Positions 1 to 11,819 of a stretch of 64,000 nt of DNA are shown in pieces. This DNA is from Naegleria gruberi (Eukaryota). The stretch lies in the NCBI GenBank assembly GCA_000004985.1, contig GG738910.1, one strand, 5' to 3'. Every line of letters begins with the position of its first letter. Within the stretch, counting starts at the first letter, position 1. Under the pieces are notes generated by a model, which saw only the letters and a program-made list of their open reading frames with translations, searched no databases and was not told the DNA's origin. Both the position numbers and the translations under genes were made by a program.

Positions 1-2605
1 GATCTATATATGCCTCTTTGGTTATACCTTCCAACCTAATGGTAAGGAGGTTAGTGCACTCGACCTGATCATTAGACAAGCACTCTTTGAATGCTCGACC
101 ATTGATGCCATTGTATTGTTGAGAGCTTCCATAAAACTCTTGGAATTCCCTGAGGGAGCCAAAGGCAATTGGGTCAAGGTCTCTGCAAGAGAATTCAATG
201 CAGTCAAGATGAAAATCCTTGAATATATTGATGACAAATTCACAAGAATGTTTTACAAATTATTCAATAGTCCAGAAAGTGATTTGTTGAACTATACTGG
301 CTTCTTACTCATCGCCAACTTGATCAGATCATCAAGATTGGTAGTTGACGATGAGAATCAAGTATTAAGAGCTCTCAGACAATATCTCATTATCAATGCT
401 GATGTCATTATTGCTGAAAAGTCAAAAATGACAGTTCCTGAGCACATGGCTGAAAGAATTCAACAAATACCAGTCACTCGTGAAATTTACAGCCAAAAAA
501 AGCAAATACCAAAGAAGCAAATTGAAGTTTTCCAAGAAAGATATGGAAGAATCTTCTTTAGAATTTCCAGATATTCTCAACTTGTTGAAGATGCCATTTG
601 TTACATGATTGCTGGCATTAGATGGCATTCATTTGGTGATAATGCCTTATCCATGTTGCAATATCTCTATGAAGACTTGAATCACGTTGGTGTTATTACT
701 GAATTTAGTTTTGATACTTTCTGTTACATGGTCGAATCTCACAGAGATCCAACAACCATGTTGAATAGAACCATTAAGCAAGTTAGTAATGGAAAGGGTG
801 GTAACAGAAATATCTCTCAAAATATGTTGACTTTCAAGTCAACTGCTGGCAATGGTGTCATGTATCCAAGAGAAATCATGTTGAGCTATAATTGCTTTGA
901 CAACCGTCATTATTTCCAAACTTTCCACTTGAGTTCTGTTGGTAAGGGTGTTAGATTGAATGATTTGTCCAATTATGCTAGTTATCATGCTCTTAGAATG
1001 AAAGAAAATCGTGTCATTAACAGATTCTTAACCTTTGACATGAAGATTTTCCAATCTTTTATTAGAGATGTTGATGCTATTCAAACCAACAAGTTTGACA
1101 GAATCCTCATCAAGGCACATAATTCCCATGATGAATCCCTTGCCACCTCCTACAATCTCATTACTCGCCATAACAACTTGTTAGCCAACTGTGAAAACAA
1201 GTACAGAAATGGTTATGTCCACGACTGTGTCATGCCTTACAACTTCAACCACTTGATCCAAATACTCAAGAAACAAGTCTTTGCCATGCAACATCCTCAA
1301 TTCATTAACAAGTTGAATAAGGACATTGAAATTGCTGAAAGAAAAGCCAAAAGACTTGCAAGACAACAAGCAAGAAGAGGAAGCATTGCAAGCTCCTCTT
1401 CAAGCACCGAGAGTAATCATCACAATTTCAATGGTGTTGGAATGGATTTCCAAGGACAAGGACACGTTGAAATTGCCTCTTTAAGTGTTGCAGTTGCTCC
1501 CACTCCAAATATCTTGCCAATGATGGCAAATGTATTTAATTGCAGCAATAATCAAACAAGTAGAATACTTGCAGCTCACAACAGAACCATGATGATGAGT
1601 CAATCCAATCAAGGATGTTCCAGCAGTGGTTACAATACTCCATCAGTCACTAATCAAAATTCCAAACAAGGAACCAAACGTACGAGAGAAAGCAAGGAAT
1701 TCCAATTTGTCTTTGAAGATGGAATCAACTCAAACAGAGCAGGTCGTGCTAAGAAGAAGAAGGAATCTATTCAAGGTCAAAATCTTACACTCGAACAACA
1801 AATCAGAGAAAATGCAGACCTATTGAGCTTGAGTGGCGCCAGTAATATTGAAAGAACAGTTGAATTAAATGTTCAACAAGCTCCTCCTTCAAATTTCCAA
1901 ATTCCAACAACCACATTCAGACCAAAGCATTTTGTAAACTTTTTGGTATATAAGGCTGCTGACGAATTCCATTGTAGCTCACCAAATGTTGGACCATCAG
2001 AAGTCGTCTTGGATGAAATCAACTTGCCACTCTACATTTGTCGTCCTTCACACATTAGTCCATCCAGATTTTTAGAAATGATGGATATTAGTTCTATTCT
2101 AAAGGTCAGCATGAGACAATTCTGTGACATTTTGAATGGTGATGAGGTTCTTGTTGGATTCAAAGATAGTATTAAGGTCCGTGGTGTTCCACAACGTGAT
2201 TTGAATGATCCAACTCTCCATTTCATAGACGAAACTCAAAGAGATCCAGAAGACATTGATTGGGAATCTTTCAATGTCGATGCTTTCTGTGATAGAGTTG
2301 CTGAAGAAGAAATGAAAAAGCAACAACAAAATCAAGAAGTTTACATGCAACAAGTTATGATGAAACAATTCGAAATGATGCATCAACAACCTGCTAACAT
2401 GTTGGAAGATGAAGGATCAGTTTTTGATTTGTTGATTTCAAGTCCACTTGGAGCAAACATGATGCATCAAAATTCAATGATATCTGGCAACGTGGAAGAA
2501 ATGTTTAATAGCTTCCTGGATCCAATTGTTGAAGAAATGAATGAATTGGAAGAAGCTGGTCAATGTGATCTCTTCAAATATGATGAATTTCAACCTCATC
2601 CATAA
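1..2605 (+). CDS. BTB/BACK-like domain protein, 5'-partial (ORF open to window start), with Q/N/S-rich C-terminal region
   Basis: Frame of ORF 116..2605 has no stop back to nt 2 (the track 'M' at 116 is a TTG). Sequence such as ...LIRSSRLVVDDENQVLRALRQYLIINAD resembles the end of a BTB / start of a BACK fold. Poly-Q and acidic tracts near the C-terminus. Stop at 2603-2605. Confidence 0.45.
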   Translation, partial: IYICLFGYTFQPNGKEVSALDLIIRQALFECSTIDAIVLLRASIKLLEFPEGAKGNWVKVSAREFNAVKMKILEYIDDKFTRMFYKLFNSPESDLLNYTGFLLIANLIRSSRLVVDDENQVLRALRQYLIINADVIIAEKSKMTVPEHMAERIQQIPVTREIYSQKKQIPKKQIEVFQERYGRIFFRISRYSQLVEDAICYMIAGIRWHSFGDNALSMLQYLYEDLNHVGVITEFSFDTFCYMVESHRDPTTMLNRTIKQVSNGKGGNRNISQNMLTFKSTAGNGVMYPREIMLSYNCFDNRHYFQTFHLSSVGKGVRLNDLSNYASYHALRMKENRVINRFLTFDMKIFQSFIRDVDAIQTNKFDRILIKAHNSHDESLATSYNLITRHNNLLANCENKYRNGYVHDCVMPYNFNHLIQILKKQVFAMQHPQFINKLNKDIEIAERKAKRLARQQARRGSIASSSSSTESNHHNFNGVGMDFQGQGHVEIASLSVAVAPTPNILPMMANVFNCSNNQTSRILAAHNRTMMMSQSNQGCSSSGYNTPSVTNQNSKQGTKRTRESKEFQFVFEDGINSNRAGRAKKKKESIQGQNLTLEQQIRENADLLSLSGASNIERTVELNVQQAPPSNFQIPTTTFRPKHFVNFLVYKAADEFHCSSPNVGPSEVVLDEINLPLYICRPSHISPSRFLEMMDISSILKVSMRQFCDILNGDEVLVGFKDSIKVRGVPQRDLNDPTLHFIDETQRDPEDIDWESFNVDAFCDRVAEEEMKKQQQNQEVYMQQVMMKQFEMMHQQPANMLEDEGSVFDLLISSPLGANMMHQNSMISGNVEEMFNSFLDPIVEEMNELEEAGQCDLFKYDEFQPHP

Positions 2606-3835
2606 ATTGTAAATAGAAGAATATTAAGGCAAACCATCTGATGAGAAACATTGGAAGGAAATTTGTAATTTTAGAATAAATTGTACATATAACATGTTGA
2701 TGAAAACCAATTGAATGTTAAATCAAATCGCTCGTTCCAGCTAAAATTGTTCATGTCATGTATGTATGTATGTGTTCATGAAGTGATATTAGCAAATGTG
2801 CATGTGTTCATGTATTGCATGCATTCATTCAATAAGACTGAATTAACAGATGATGTGAAGATGAGAATTCATTATTCATGCATGTGTTCTCAGTTTACTC
2901 TTGAGAATGGACAGCATGTGTGCAACATCTGATGTGTTTTCCATCCTCCTTCATTGAATGCTTGAATTATATAATAACCGAACAGATGGCATGAATGCTC
3001 TCCATCAACATTAACATCCAAACATCTTAACATCTATGCAAATTAATTATTACATTTCTTCTCCCCGAATCTTTGCATACATACATACATACACATCCAT
3101 CTATTCATGGTGGTCAATATATAATAATTATCTTTCTCTAATACGTTGTATAAAAACATACTTAATACAGTCTGGTCTTGATGTAATATTGCTCCTGCTG
3201 CTTAATGAAAAACACTCATTCCTGACCAGGAGGCGGACAAAAGCATCTCGTTTTGATTTTTTATCACATTTATCAATTTATGGATTGTCCTCTCATGAAA
3301 TTTATTGAGGATGGAGATAGTAGGGACCTTTAAAGGGTGTTGACCACAATGAACCTTAAGGATGAAACAAATGGTGAGGAAGTGTTTTTGCGCAGTTAAG
3401 TGTGTTTGAAATATTTCATGGCACTTGTTTCAAAAGTCTTCAAGAATTCTGAAGCTAATTGTAAATTGATATTATGTTCGATTCCATAGAAGAACCTACA
3501 ATATTGCTAAGGTGTTGTAACACCAACTAAGGTTTGGCCGAAATGTAAAATGGTGTAACAAATTGATTCTGGGGCGTTTGTCCTCACCTACAACACTGTA
3601 CTTTGCAAAAAACTTTTATTTGAGCTAAGAGAATGGCCCATTTTCATAATTGGGTTCTTAATACTCCAAATTGATTGAATGTTCGATTTACAATCCATAA
3701 ACTATTACATCTTTCTTTTTGATGCGTGCATTTTCTTGTGTAAAGTTTCAACGTTCACTCATTGTTTGAATTACAAGATAAAAACATCTGCTTAATACAA
3801 ATTTTCAAAAGATCTGGTAATGTGCAGCCGATTCT

Positions 3836-5713
3836 TTATGTTTGCTTGAACAATCCTGTTATTAGGAAGGTATTTGGATAAAGTGCTCTCACATTTTCTT
3901 CATTCCAATCATCCAAATTTTGTATAAAATCATGATAAATAATTCGACTCTTGATATGTTTGTACATTTCCTGATTTTCATTCTTGTGAAGGAATTCATA
4001 GATTTGTGAAGTGAGTTCAGCATTAGTTGGTTTGCTGGTGAGGGAGGATACTTCTCTGAAGAGAGTTCTCAGAGAGATGTGTGTTGAAAATATCGAATTG
4101 GAACTAATTGAGGCCTGAGGCGTTGATCCTTTGTGTAAAGTCGCAATCATCCAAAAGCTAGGATTGGATTGACGATTTTTGGAAATAATTGAATCCATTT
4201 CATTGATCCAATTGGCTCTGATTGGTTTGCTGTTAGATTCCATGAAGAGAAAATATTCATAATTATTGAAAATCGAATCATCTTGCATTACCTTACTGAG
4301 AATTGCTTCCTGAGTTTCAGTATATTTGAAACTAATCTTGTTGAAACAGTGAGAATATTTAGTGGTCTTTTGGTTCACATCCGATTCAAATGTTTCGTCC
4401 TTTCTGTGAGTCATGTAAATCACCAAATCAACTTTCATGCTTGTTGGATAATTCCAACATGGCGAATATTTGTTTTCATTCCACAAATCCAATTTTTTCA
4501 ACACGTTCGATTTTTCATTTTCCTTCACTGGGATTACTATTGCCAAGCCCTTTTCATATTCAATATTCCTAATGTGAGGTTTGTTTGGATCCCCCTTTCT
4601 CAAATAAATAACAAATTCTGAATCTGGAATTCCAGCTCTATTTCCTGGATTTCCCCATAATCGAGGATCCGTTTCACATACCAAACCTGCCTTGTGAATG
4701 AAGAGTGAGAAAACCGATTGGTCTTGTCTGTGGTTAGCCAAGCTAGAGCCCTTTGGAGCAATACATTCAGAATTCCAAGCACACTCCAGGGTTGGCAATA
4801 GAACATTCTTATAAGCTGGCGAATCTTTGATATATCCTTGAATACCACCACTACACATGACCTTTGGTCCATATTCTTTTTGGCTGAATCCCAAATAATT
4901 GAATGTGGAAATGTGAGTGAGCTCACCAACTGTTCCACAACACTTCCATCCAGTGGTCAATCCCTCCTGAACCACATGGAAATATCCCTTCTCCATCAAA
5001 ATCGACTCGTATCGATCCAATCGATTCCAAACTTCCACTCCACTATCCAAAAAGAAAATTGCTGGATATCTCTGTAATGCTAAATACATAACCAGTGGCT
5101 TCCAGGCAAATGATTTCAAATTATTAAAGTGAGATGGTAACAATTTGAAATCAATATCAACCACTTCTACATTTTTAAAAGTTTTTGCTCTTTGAACTTG
5201 TTCACTTGTCATTCCTAAATTATAAACAATTATTGGTCTGCTTTCAGATGTCAAATAACTATTCCAATTCCACCAATACGAAGATTTATCAGATATCATT
5301 CTTTCAATATTCGAATCCTTATTCAAAAAACTTGCTTGAATATTAAATAATTTCTCCTTAGTTTCGTATATTCTATGAATGGATCCAACAAAATTTTCAA
5401 ATCTTTCAAAATAACCAGAAGAAACAGCCGTTACAATATATGGATTACCATGTTGCTGGAGTGGATACTTCATACTTGCTGTATTTCGTGTTAGAATTTC
5501 CAATACTTGCTTCATGGATAATGATTTTCCATTATTATTATTATGCAAATAATAACAATAATCGGAAAGTGTCGATGATTCTCCATTCGGATGATAATAA
5601 TTTGGTGTTGATGATCCACGTGACCACGACCACCAAATAATCTGTATCAATATAAAAGTGGAGACAATTCCGAAAATTGCAACTAAAATTTTCTTCTTTC
5701 TTGTGGTGGGCAT
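3836..5713 (-). CDS. Type II (N-terminal signal-anchor) membrane protein, uncharacterised; topology consistent with a Golgi-lumenal enzyme such as a glycosyltransferase
   Basis: ORF 3836..5719 (-). The track start is TTG; the first ATG is at 5713 (MPTTRKKKILVAIFGIVSTFILIQIIWW...). Short basic N-terminus, one TM segment, then a ~600 aa Cys-containing lumenal domain. No recognisable catalytic motif. Confidence 0.45.
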   Translation of the reverse strand: MPTTRKKKILVAIFGIVSTFILIQIIWWSWSRGSSTPNYYHPNGESSTLSDYCYYLHNNNNGKSLSMKQVLEILTRNTASMKYPLQQHGNPYIVTAVSSGYFERFENFVGSIHRIYETKEKLFNIQASFLNKDSNIERMISDKSSYWWNWNSYLTSESRPIIVYNLGMTSEQVQRAKTFKNVEVVDIDFKLLPSHFNNLKSFAWKPLVMYLALQRYPAIFFLDSGVEVWNRLDRYESILMEKGYFHVVQEGLTTGWKCCGTVGELTHISTFNYLGFSQKEYGPKVMCSGGIQGYIKDSPAYKNVLLPTLECAWNSECIAPKGSSLANHRQDQSVFSLFIHKAGLVCETDPRLWGNPGNRAGIPDSEFVIYLRKGDPNKPHIRNIEYEKGLAIVIPVKENEKSNVLKKLDLWNENKYSPCWNYPTSMKVDLVIYMTHRKDETFESDVNQKTTKYSHCFNKISFKYTETQEAILSKVMQDDSIFNNYEYFLFMESNSKPIRANWINEMDSIISKNRQSNPSFWMIATLHKGSTPQASISSNSIFSTHISLRTLFREVSSLTSKPTNAELTSQIYEFLHKNENQEMYKHIKSRIIYHDFIQNLDDWNEENVRALYPNTFLITGLFKQT

Positions 5714-5719
5714 TGTCAA

Positions 5720-5884
5720 GTTATTTTTTTTAAACTTTTTTTTAAAAGAATTATTAAATAGTTAAATAGTTAAATATATTTAATATATTAAAAATTAATT
5801 GTAATTGTAATATTTAAATTCCTTATTAGGATAGAAACGCCCTTAAAAAAAATTGGTCTCTCAGAATTAACGCCTTAGAAAAAA
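5720..5884. promoter_or_regulatory. Short divergent AT-rich intergenic region between head-to-head genes (putative bidirectional promoter)
   Basis: 165 bp, almost pure A/T with repeated 'aaatagttaaatagttaaata' and 'taattgtaattgtaata' motifs, lying between the start codons of the 3836..5713(-) and 5885..8320(+) genes. Confidence 0.25.
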
Positions 5885-8320
5885 ATGAGTCAACAACAAT
5901 TCGTTGGGAATGGAAGCCCGCCAAATATTTCAACTACTTCTATGAATGCTGCTGCTACTAATACTACTACTGGTAATGTTGTGGTTGGTACCTCAACAAC
6001 ACCATCAACAAACACTGGGAATGTGGGAGGGATATCGAATGGTGCTGGAACAGCTTCCCTTAAAACCTCACCGAATGATCTGTTGCTGAATTTACGTAAA
6101 TACACGAACAAATTGTTGGAGATTAATGGAACAAATCAAGTGGTTTCTGTTCCTTCGAACGTTGGTGTTGGAAAAGAGGTTGCACAGCCTCTTGCTTCTC
6201 TCTCCACTCCGACACTGAACCTTAATCAAAATATTGAGGAGAATAGAAATAATCAACAAATTGAAGAGGAAAGAGTGGAACCACAACAAGTATTCAAAAT
6301 TCCTCAACAGCAAACAAGTAGACCAGCAAGTCCAAAAAGGAGTGAAAGTTTGGTGATAATGGATGACCAAATTTCGGATATTGAAAGTGTTACTGATAAT
6401 GACCAGAGTAATACTAGCAAAACAGTTGTAAATTATAGAGATTTAGAAGTGAAAAAGTGTTATGATATTATTTTCAAGCTAAGAAATAGGCTTGCTAAGG
6501 AAAAGGAAAAGAATGATCAACAGGAAAGAAGAAAGGAAGATTCCACAAAGATGCTAGGAAAGTTAATTGATCATTATAAATCGGAAAACTCTAGATTGAT
6601 TCAACAATTAGATTTACTGAGAAGAGATTCTGATGCACAAATTGAGGAACAGTTACATCAGATGAATGATTTGAGGATTTCAAACTTTACTCTATCAGAA
6701 GAAATTAACATTCTAAGAAATTCAGTGAACATTGAGAAACAAAAAGGAGATCAAGATATTGAGAGACACATTAGAGAAAAGTCAAAAACACAATCAGAGT
6801 TAATTGAATGTAAAAGGGAAAATTCCAAACTTAGAGAAACAATAATGGTGCTGGAAGAAAATATTAAAAAGGCAGAACTCAACGCAGCAGAATCTGTGAA
6901 AAATTTTGAGGAAATTGAAATACCATCATTGAAAAGAAAGTGTGGGTATTACGAAAAGACAATCTCTGATTTGGAAAAGAAACTAGATGAGATTCGGAAA
7001 GATCAAGAACGGTCTGTGAATCAACATGTGGAGAGATTTAAATCAAAAGAAGCAGTCATGGGAGAAACCATCAAGCGATTGGAAGAAGATTTGAAAAAGC
7101 AACGAGAATCAATGAAGCAAAACTCCAATTCAAGTTCAGAGGAGAAGAAGCAACTTGAAATTCAATTGAAAGAACAAGTTAATTTGAATGATGAAACAAG
7201 ATTAGAATTGGCTAATTTAAAGTCTTCTCTAGAGGATATAGAAGTTAACATGTTGAATCACCTCATTCAAGAACATGAAGAATTAATTATTGAAGTTTCT
7301 CAAATGGATGCTTTTATGACTGAGGTATTTTCAGTAAAATCAAGAAAGGAAATTAAGAGATTGGTGACTGAAAATTTGGAACTCAAGAATCAATTGAGTT
7401 TGATGAATGAACAATACGAGATTAACAAAAAGCAACTCCAACACGCAACTCTTGAATTGGATGAACTAAAATCTTCCTTCAATAAGGGTGATCAAGTGTT
7501 GAGTCAATTAGAGAACCAAAGAAAGACTCAATCTGAGAGACATAGAATAGAATTGGAAGAATTGAGAACAGAAATGAGAAATTTTACAATTTCACAAAAA
7601 GCAGAAAAAGAGAACTTGTTAGATTTGTTGGACAATACCAAAACTCAACTGGATACTTGCCAACATAAAATGGAGCAAATGCAACTGGAAAGAAGTGATG
7701 GCCAAAAAGAGGTTCAATACCTCAGAAAAAGAAACTCTGAGCTTGAAACTCAACTTCTCAACGCAGAATCAGATAGACAAAGATTGGTTTCAGAAGTTTC
7801 CAATCTTAATTGTACATTAGATCAATTGAGAGATGAAGTCGATGCCAAGAACGATGAAAATAGAAAGATTGTAGAGCAATCAAGATCTTCCATGCAATCT
7901 ATTCAAGTCAAACTCAACAGAGACCAACAAATCTATCAGAAGAGTGAATATGATTGGAATCAAAAAGTGAAACATCTGAATGATATGGTACTTCAAGCGG
8001 AGTACAATCTTTCGGAATATAAAAAGAAGTACAAGGAAGAAATTAGCAGCTTTAATAATGATTTAATTATGAGGCAACAACAAATTGAAAGTTTACAAAC
8101 CGATGTCCAAAGAATGAAACAGGAAGGCATGTCTATTACAGCTCAAAACAAGAAAGACTTGGATGTGAGAGAACAGGAAATTCAAAAGATCAAGAGAGAA
8201 AAACAACAATTAGAGCATTCAATTGTTCAAAAAGAAAGAGAGAAAGACTCATTCAAACTGAGATTGGAAATGATGGAAAGAGAATTATCAAGACTGAAAT
8301 CTCAATATAATGTAAAGTAA
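5885..8320 (+). CDS. Long coiled-coil protein (811 aa) with S/T/N-rich N-terminus
   Basis: ATG at 5885, single ORF. The N-terminal 170 aa are low-complexity (TTTGNVVVGTSTT...). The remaining ~640 aa are heptad-rich, charged and rich in E/K/L/Q (e.g. ...KLRETIMVLEENIKKAELNAAESVKNFEEIE...), typical of a coiled-coil or structural protein. Confidence 0.55.
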   Translation: MSQQQFVGNGSPPNISTTSMNAAATNTTTGNVVVGTSTTPSTNTGNVGGISNGAGTASLKTSPNDLLLNLRKYTNKLLEINGTNQVVSVPSNVGVGKEVAQPLASLSTPTLNLNQNIEENRNNQQIEEERVEPQQVFKIPQQQTSRPASPKRSESLVIMDDQISDIESVTDNDQSNTSKTVVNYRDLEVKKCYDIIFKLRNRLAKEKEKNDQQERRKEDSTKMLGKLIDHYKSENSRLIQQLDLLRRDSDAQIEEQLHQMNDLRISNFTLSEEINILRNSVNIEKQKGDQDIERHIREKSKTQSELIECKRENSKLRETIMVLEENIKKAELNAAESVKNFEEIEIPSLKRKCGYYEKTISDLEKKLDEIRKDQERSVNQHVERFKSKEAVMGETIKRLEEDLKKQRESMKQNSNSSSEEKKQLEIQLKEQVNLNDETRLELANLKSSLEDIEVNMLNHLIQEHEELIIEVSQMDAFMTEVFSVKSRKEIKRLVTENLELKNQLSLMNEQYEINKKQLQHATLELDELKSSFNKGDQVLSQLENQRKTQSERHRIELEELRTEMRNFTISQKAEKENLLDLLDNTKTQLDTCQHKMEQMQLERSDGQKEVQYLRKRNSELETQLLNAESDRQRLVSEVSNLNCTLDQLRDEVDAKNDENRKIVEQSRSSMQSIQVKLNRDQQIYQKSEYDWNQKVKHLNDMVLQAEYNLSEYKKKYKEEISSFNNDLIMRQQQIESLQTDVQRMKQEGMSITAQNKKDLDVREQEIQKIKREKQQLEHSIVQKEREKDSFKLRLEMMERELSRLKSQYNVK

Positions 8321-8381
8321 AAAGTTAGTACTTGTAAAATAAATAACTAGGATTAAAAGACGAAGACTATATATTACATAT

Positions 8382-11117
8382 TTATTGACCCAACAATTTG
8401 GTTCTCAAGACGTATGGCAAGATACCACCATGCTTGAAGTATTCAAGTTCTGGTTCAGTATCGAATCTCAAAATTGTGGTGAATTCCTTGACATTTTCGT
8501 TACCAGTAACAGAGACAGTAACTTCTTGGAATGGCTTCATACCAGCAGACAAATCAATGCTGAATTGTTCCTTACCAGTCAAACCCAAAGAGTCAGCACT
8601 TTGGCCTTCCTTGAATTGCAATGGAATGATACCCATACCAGCCAAGTTAGATCTGTGGATTCTTTCGAAAGAGGTAGCAATAACAGCCTTAACTCCCAAA
8701 AGATATGGACCCTTAGCAGCCCAATCTCTTGATGAACCTGAACCATATTGTTCACCACCAATAACGATCAATTCGTTACCAGCTTCACGATACTTGACGG
8801 AAGCATCGAAAACTGAAACAGCTTCACCAGATGGAACGTGGAGAGAAATTGGACCTGGTTTACCGATCATCTTATTGTAAAGTCTAACGTTAGCAAAAGT
8901 ACCTCTGACCATGACTTCATCGTTACCACGACGAGCACCATAAGTGTTAAAGTCCTTTCTTTCAACACCTCTTTCCAAGAGATATTGAGCAGCAGATGAC
9001 TTCAATGAGATACTACCAGCTGGAGAAATGTGGTCAGTAGTAGTGAAATCACCCAAATTCAACAAACAGTAAGCATCCTTAATTGGCTTGCTTTCATTGG
9101 TTTGAGATTCAACAGCCTTGAAGAATGGTGGATCGTGAATATAAGTTGACTTTTCATCCCATGGATACAACATGCTTTCTGGAGCATCCAACTTATTCCA
9201 GTTATCAGTACCCAAAGCAATCTTTTCATAGACAGACTTGAACATTTCTGGAAGAACATTGTTAGTGACACATTCTTGAACTTCTTCGTGAGTTGGCCAA
9301 ATGTCTCTCAAGAAAACTGGTTGATTAGTGGTTGGATTGACACCCAATGGTTGAGTTTCAAAATCAATCTTAACATTACCAGCAAGAGCATAAGCAACAA
9401 CCAAAGGTGGAGAAGCCAAATAGTTAGCTTGGACAATTGGGTGAACACGAGCTTCAAAGTTTCTGTTACCAGACAAAACTGAAGCAGAAACCAAGTTGGA
9501 ATTAACAATAGTTTCATGAACAACTTCTGGCAATTCACCAGAGTTACCAATACAAGTCATACAACCATAACCAACAACGTTGAAACCCAACTTGTCAAGA
9601 TATCCTTGCAAACCAGACTTAGTCATATATTCAGAAACGACACCTGAACCTGGTGAGAGAGATGTCTTAATGTATGGATTAACAGTCAATCCTTGTTCTA
9701 CAGCCTTCTTGGCAAGCAAAGCAGCAGCAAGCATGACAGAAGGATTTGAGGTATTTGTACAACTGGTAATAGCAGAAATAACAACTGAACCATGAGTTAA
9801 ATTGTACTTCTTTCCTTGATATTCAATTTCAACAGTCTTTTCAGAATCTTCAGCTGGAATTTCGAATCCCTTGAAACCTCTCTTGGCAGTCAAACCTTCC
9901 TTGAATTCCTTATGGACATCAGTCAAAGAGACACGATCGTGTGGTCTCTTTGGACCAGCCAAAGATGGAACAACAGTAGTCAAATCAAGTTCCAATTTAG
10001 CACTATAACGAATGTTAGCAGCATCTGAATCAGATGTGACGAATAACTTTTGAGCCTTCAAATATTCAGCAACCAAAGCAACCTTCTTTTCATCTCTGTT
10101 AGATTGTTTCAAGAAAGTAAGAGTAGTGTTATCAATTGGGAAGAAACCCATAGTAGCACCATATTCTGGAGCCATGTTTGAAATAGTGGCACGATCAGCA
10201 ACAGACAAGTTATTGACACCTTCACCATAGAATTCAACAAACTTTCCGACAACACCCAACTTTCTCAAGTTTTGAGTAAGAGTCAAAACCAAATCAGTAG
10301 CAGTAGCAGCACCAGTCAATTTACCAGTTAATTTGTAACCAACAACTTCTGGCAAAACCATGGCACTTGGTTGACCAAGCATGGCAGCTTCAGCTTCAAT
10401 ACCACCAACACCCCAACCTAAAACACCCAAACCATTGATCATAGTAGTGTGTGAATCAGTACCAACCAATGAATCTGGATATAACAAAGCTTGTAAATTA
10501 TTTTCCTTATCAGTTGATGAAAGTTCTTCATTATTTTCAAAAACAACTCTAGCCAAATATTCCAAGTTAACTTGATGGACAATACCACTTCCTGGTGGAA
10601 CAATTTGCAAATTCTTGAAGGCCTTGCTACCCCACTTTAAGAACTTGAATCTTTCATAGTTTCTATTGAATTCCTTTTCTTGATTTTGTTGTAAAGCATC
10701 CTTTGAACCAAAGTCATCAACTTGAACACTGTGATCGATAACCAAATCAACAGGAACAAGTGGATTAACATTAGCTGGATTACCACCGAGTCTCTTGACA
10801 GCATCACGAATAGCAGCCAAATCGACAACAGCAGGAACACCAGTAAAGTCTTGCATCAAAACTCTAGCTGGTTTGAATGGAATTTCAATAGACTTCTTGC
10901 TTGATTCTTCCCAGTTAAGGATCTTTTCAACATCTTCCTTCAAGACAGCAAATTCATCACAATTTCTTACACAATTTTCCAACAAGACACGAATACAGAA
11001 AGGGAGAGTATCGAGTCTATCGTCCTTCAATTCAGGTAAGCTAAAGTATTTATACTTGCCACCGTTAACTTCGAGAGAACGAGCAACGCTTTCAAATGGA
11101 TTTGGTTGTGCTGGCAT
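8382..11117 (-). CDS. Cytosolic aconitate hydratase / iron-regulatory-protein-1-type aconitase (911 aa)
   Basis: Full-length single-exon ORF. N-terminus [30 protein letters not shown] is typical of the IRP1/ACO1 class. It contains the aconitase Fe-S cluster ligand region ...[28 protein letters not shown]... and ...[16 protein letters not shown]..., and the C-terminal swivel domain ...[36 protein letters not shown].... ATG at 11115-11117, stop at 8382-8384. Confidence 0.9.
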   Translation of the reverse strand: MPAQPNPFESVARSLEVNGGKYKYFSLPELKDDRLDTLPFCIRVLLENCVRNCDEFAVLKEDVEKILNWEESSKKSIEIPFKPARVLMQDFTGVPAVVDLAAIRDAVKRLGGNPANVNPLVPVDLVIDHSVQVDDFGSKDALQQNQEKEFNRNYERFKFLKWGSKAFKNLQIVPPGSGIVHQVNLEYLARVVFENNEELSSTDKENNLQALLYPDSLVGTDSHTTMINGLGVLGWGVGGIEAEAAMLGQPSAMVLPEVVGYKLTGKLTGAATATDLVLTLTQNLRKLGVVGKFVEFYGEGVNNLSVADRATISNMAPEYGATMGFFPIDNTTLTFLKQSNRDEKKVALVAEYLKAQKLFVTSDSDAANIRYSAKLELDLTTVVPSLAGPKRPHDRVSLTDVHKEFKEGLTAKRGFKGFEIPAEDSEKTVEIEYQGKKYNLTHGSVVISAITSCTNTSNPSVMLAAALLAKKAVEQGLTVNPYIKTSLSPGSGVVSEYMTKSGLQGYLDKLGFNVVGYGCMTCIGNSGELPEVVHETIVNSNLVSASVLSGNRNFEARVHPIVQANYLASPPLVVAYALAGNVKIDFETQPLGVNPTTNQPVFLRDIWPTHEEVQECVTNNVLPEMFKSVYEKIALGTDNWNKLDAPESMLYPWDEKSTYIHDPPFFKAVESQTNESKPIKDAYCLLNLGDFTTTDHISPAGSISLKSSAAQYLLERGVERKDFNTYGARRGNDEVMVRGTFANVRLYNKMIGKPGPISLHVPSGEAVSVFDASVKYREAGNELIVIGGEQYGSGSSRDWAAKGPYLLGVKAVIATSFERIHRSNLAGMGIIPLQFKEGQSADSLGLTGKEQFSIDLSAGMKPFQEVTVSVTGNENVKEFTTILRFDTEPELEYFKHGGILPYVLRTKLLGQ

Positions 11118-11819
11118 TCTGATGATGATTTATTTCTTGTGTTTGATGAAGATGAATCAGCAACAACAGAGAAGGGTTGGAAATTTTTTTTAAAAGTGCT
11201 GTTGAAAACTTGTTGCGATCAAAAGCTTCGAAGGAGAAAGCTGCAACCTTTATCAATCCGCTTATTGTGGACGCGACTTTTAAGCTTCATTCGGAAAAGC
11301 AAAAGACGCGAATTTTTTATCAAGGTGGAAGAGAACAGATCAAGTCACAATAATTCATGGTACTTTGATTCTCATCATGAATTGAATTTAACCCAATTCA
11401 TCATGATATGTAAAGAAATTGTGTTGTGGTAGTAAAAGAAATTTGTTTTTGAATTTTTTGTAATACTTCGGTCAGTTCTTGTATCGGAGAAATTTTCCAT
11501 TGTGTTTTAATAAATGAACGAGAAGAAGATGATGACGATTGGTGCATAGTTGTTGGTGAAAGTTAACAAATATTGTTGTAATAATTGGCTGTAGTTGTTG
11601 ATAGTTAAATTTGTTGTGGAGGTTTCATCAACTACTTCAACTGAAAGGCATACCAAATGTGATTTTTCAGATTGATGCATTAAGAAGCTTCATTAGATGA
11701 AGAAGGAGAACAAGTTTACAATGGACAATTTACTTCATAATTATTTGATGACAATTTTCTATGCAATGATGAACATTAAATGGGAAAGCAAATGAAAGAA
11801 GGGATAAGAACTGAAAAAA

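Noticed and set aside
3470-3492. tRNA-like T-loop string (gTTCGATTCc)
   Set aside because: Flanking bases cannot form a T-stem, acceptor stem or anticodon arm. No tRNA cloverleaf was found anywhere I checked by eye.
8385-11193. Several 60-160-aa ORFs antisense to or overlapping aconitase (8385..8880, 10795..11193, etc.)
   Set aside because: They are fully contained in, or antisense to, a highly conserved 911-aa aconitase CDS. They are artefacts.
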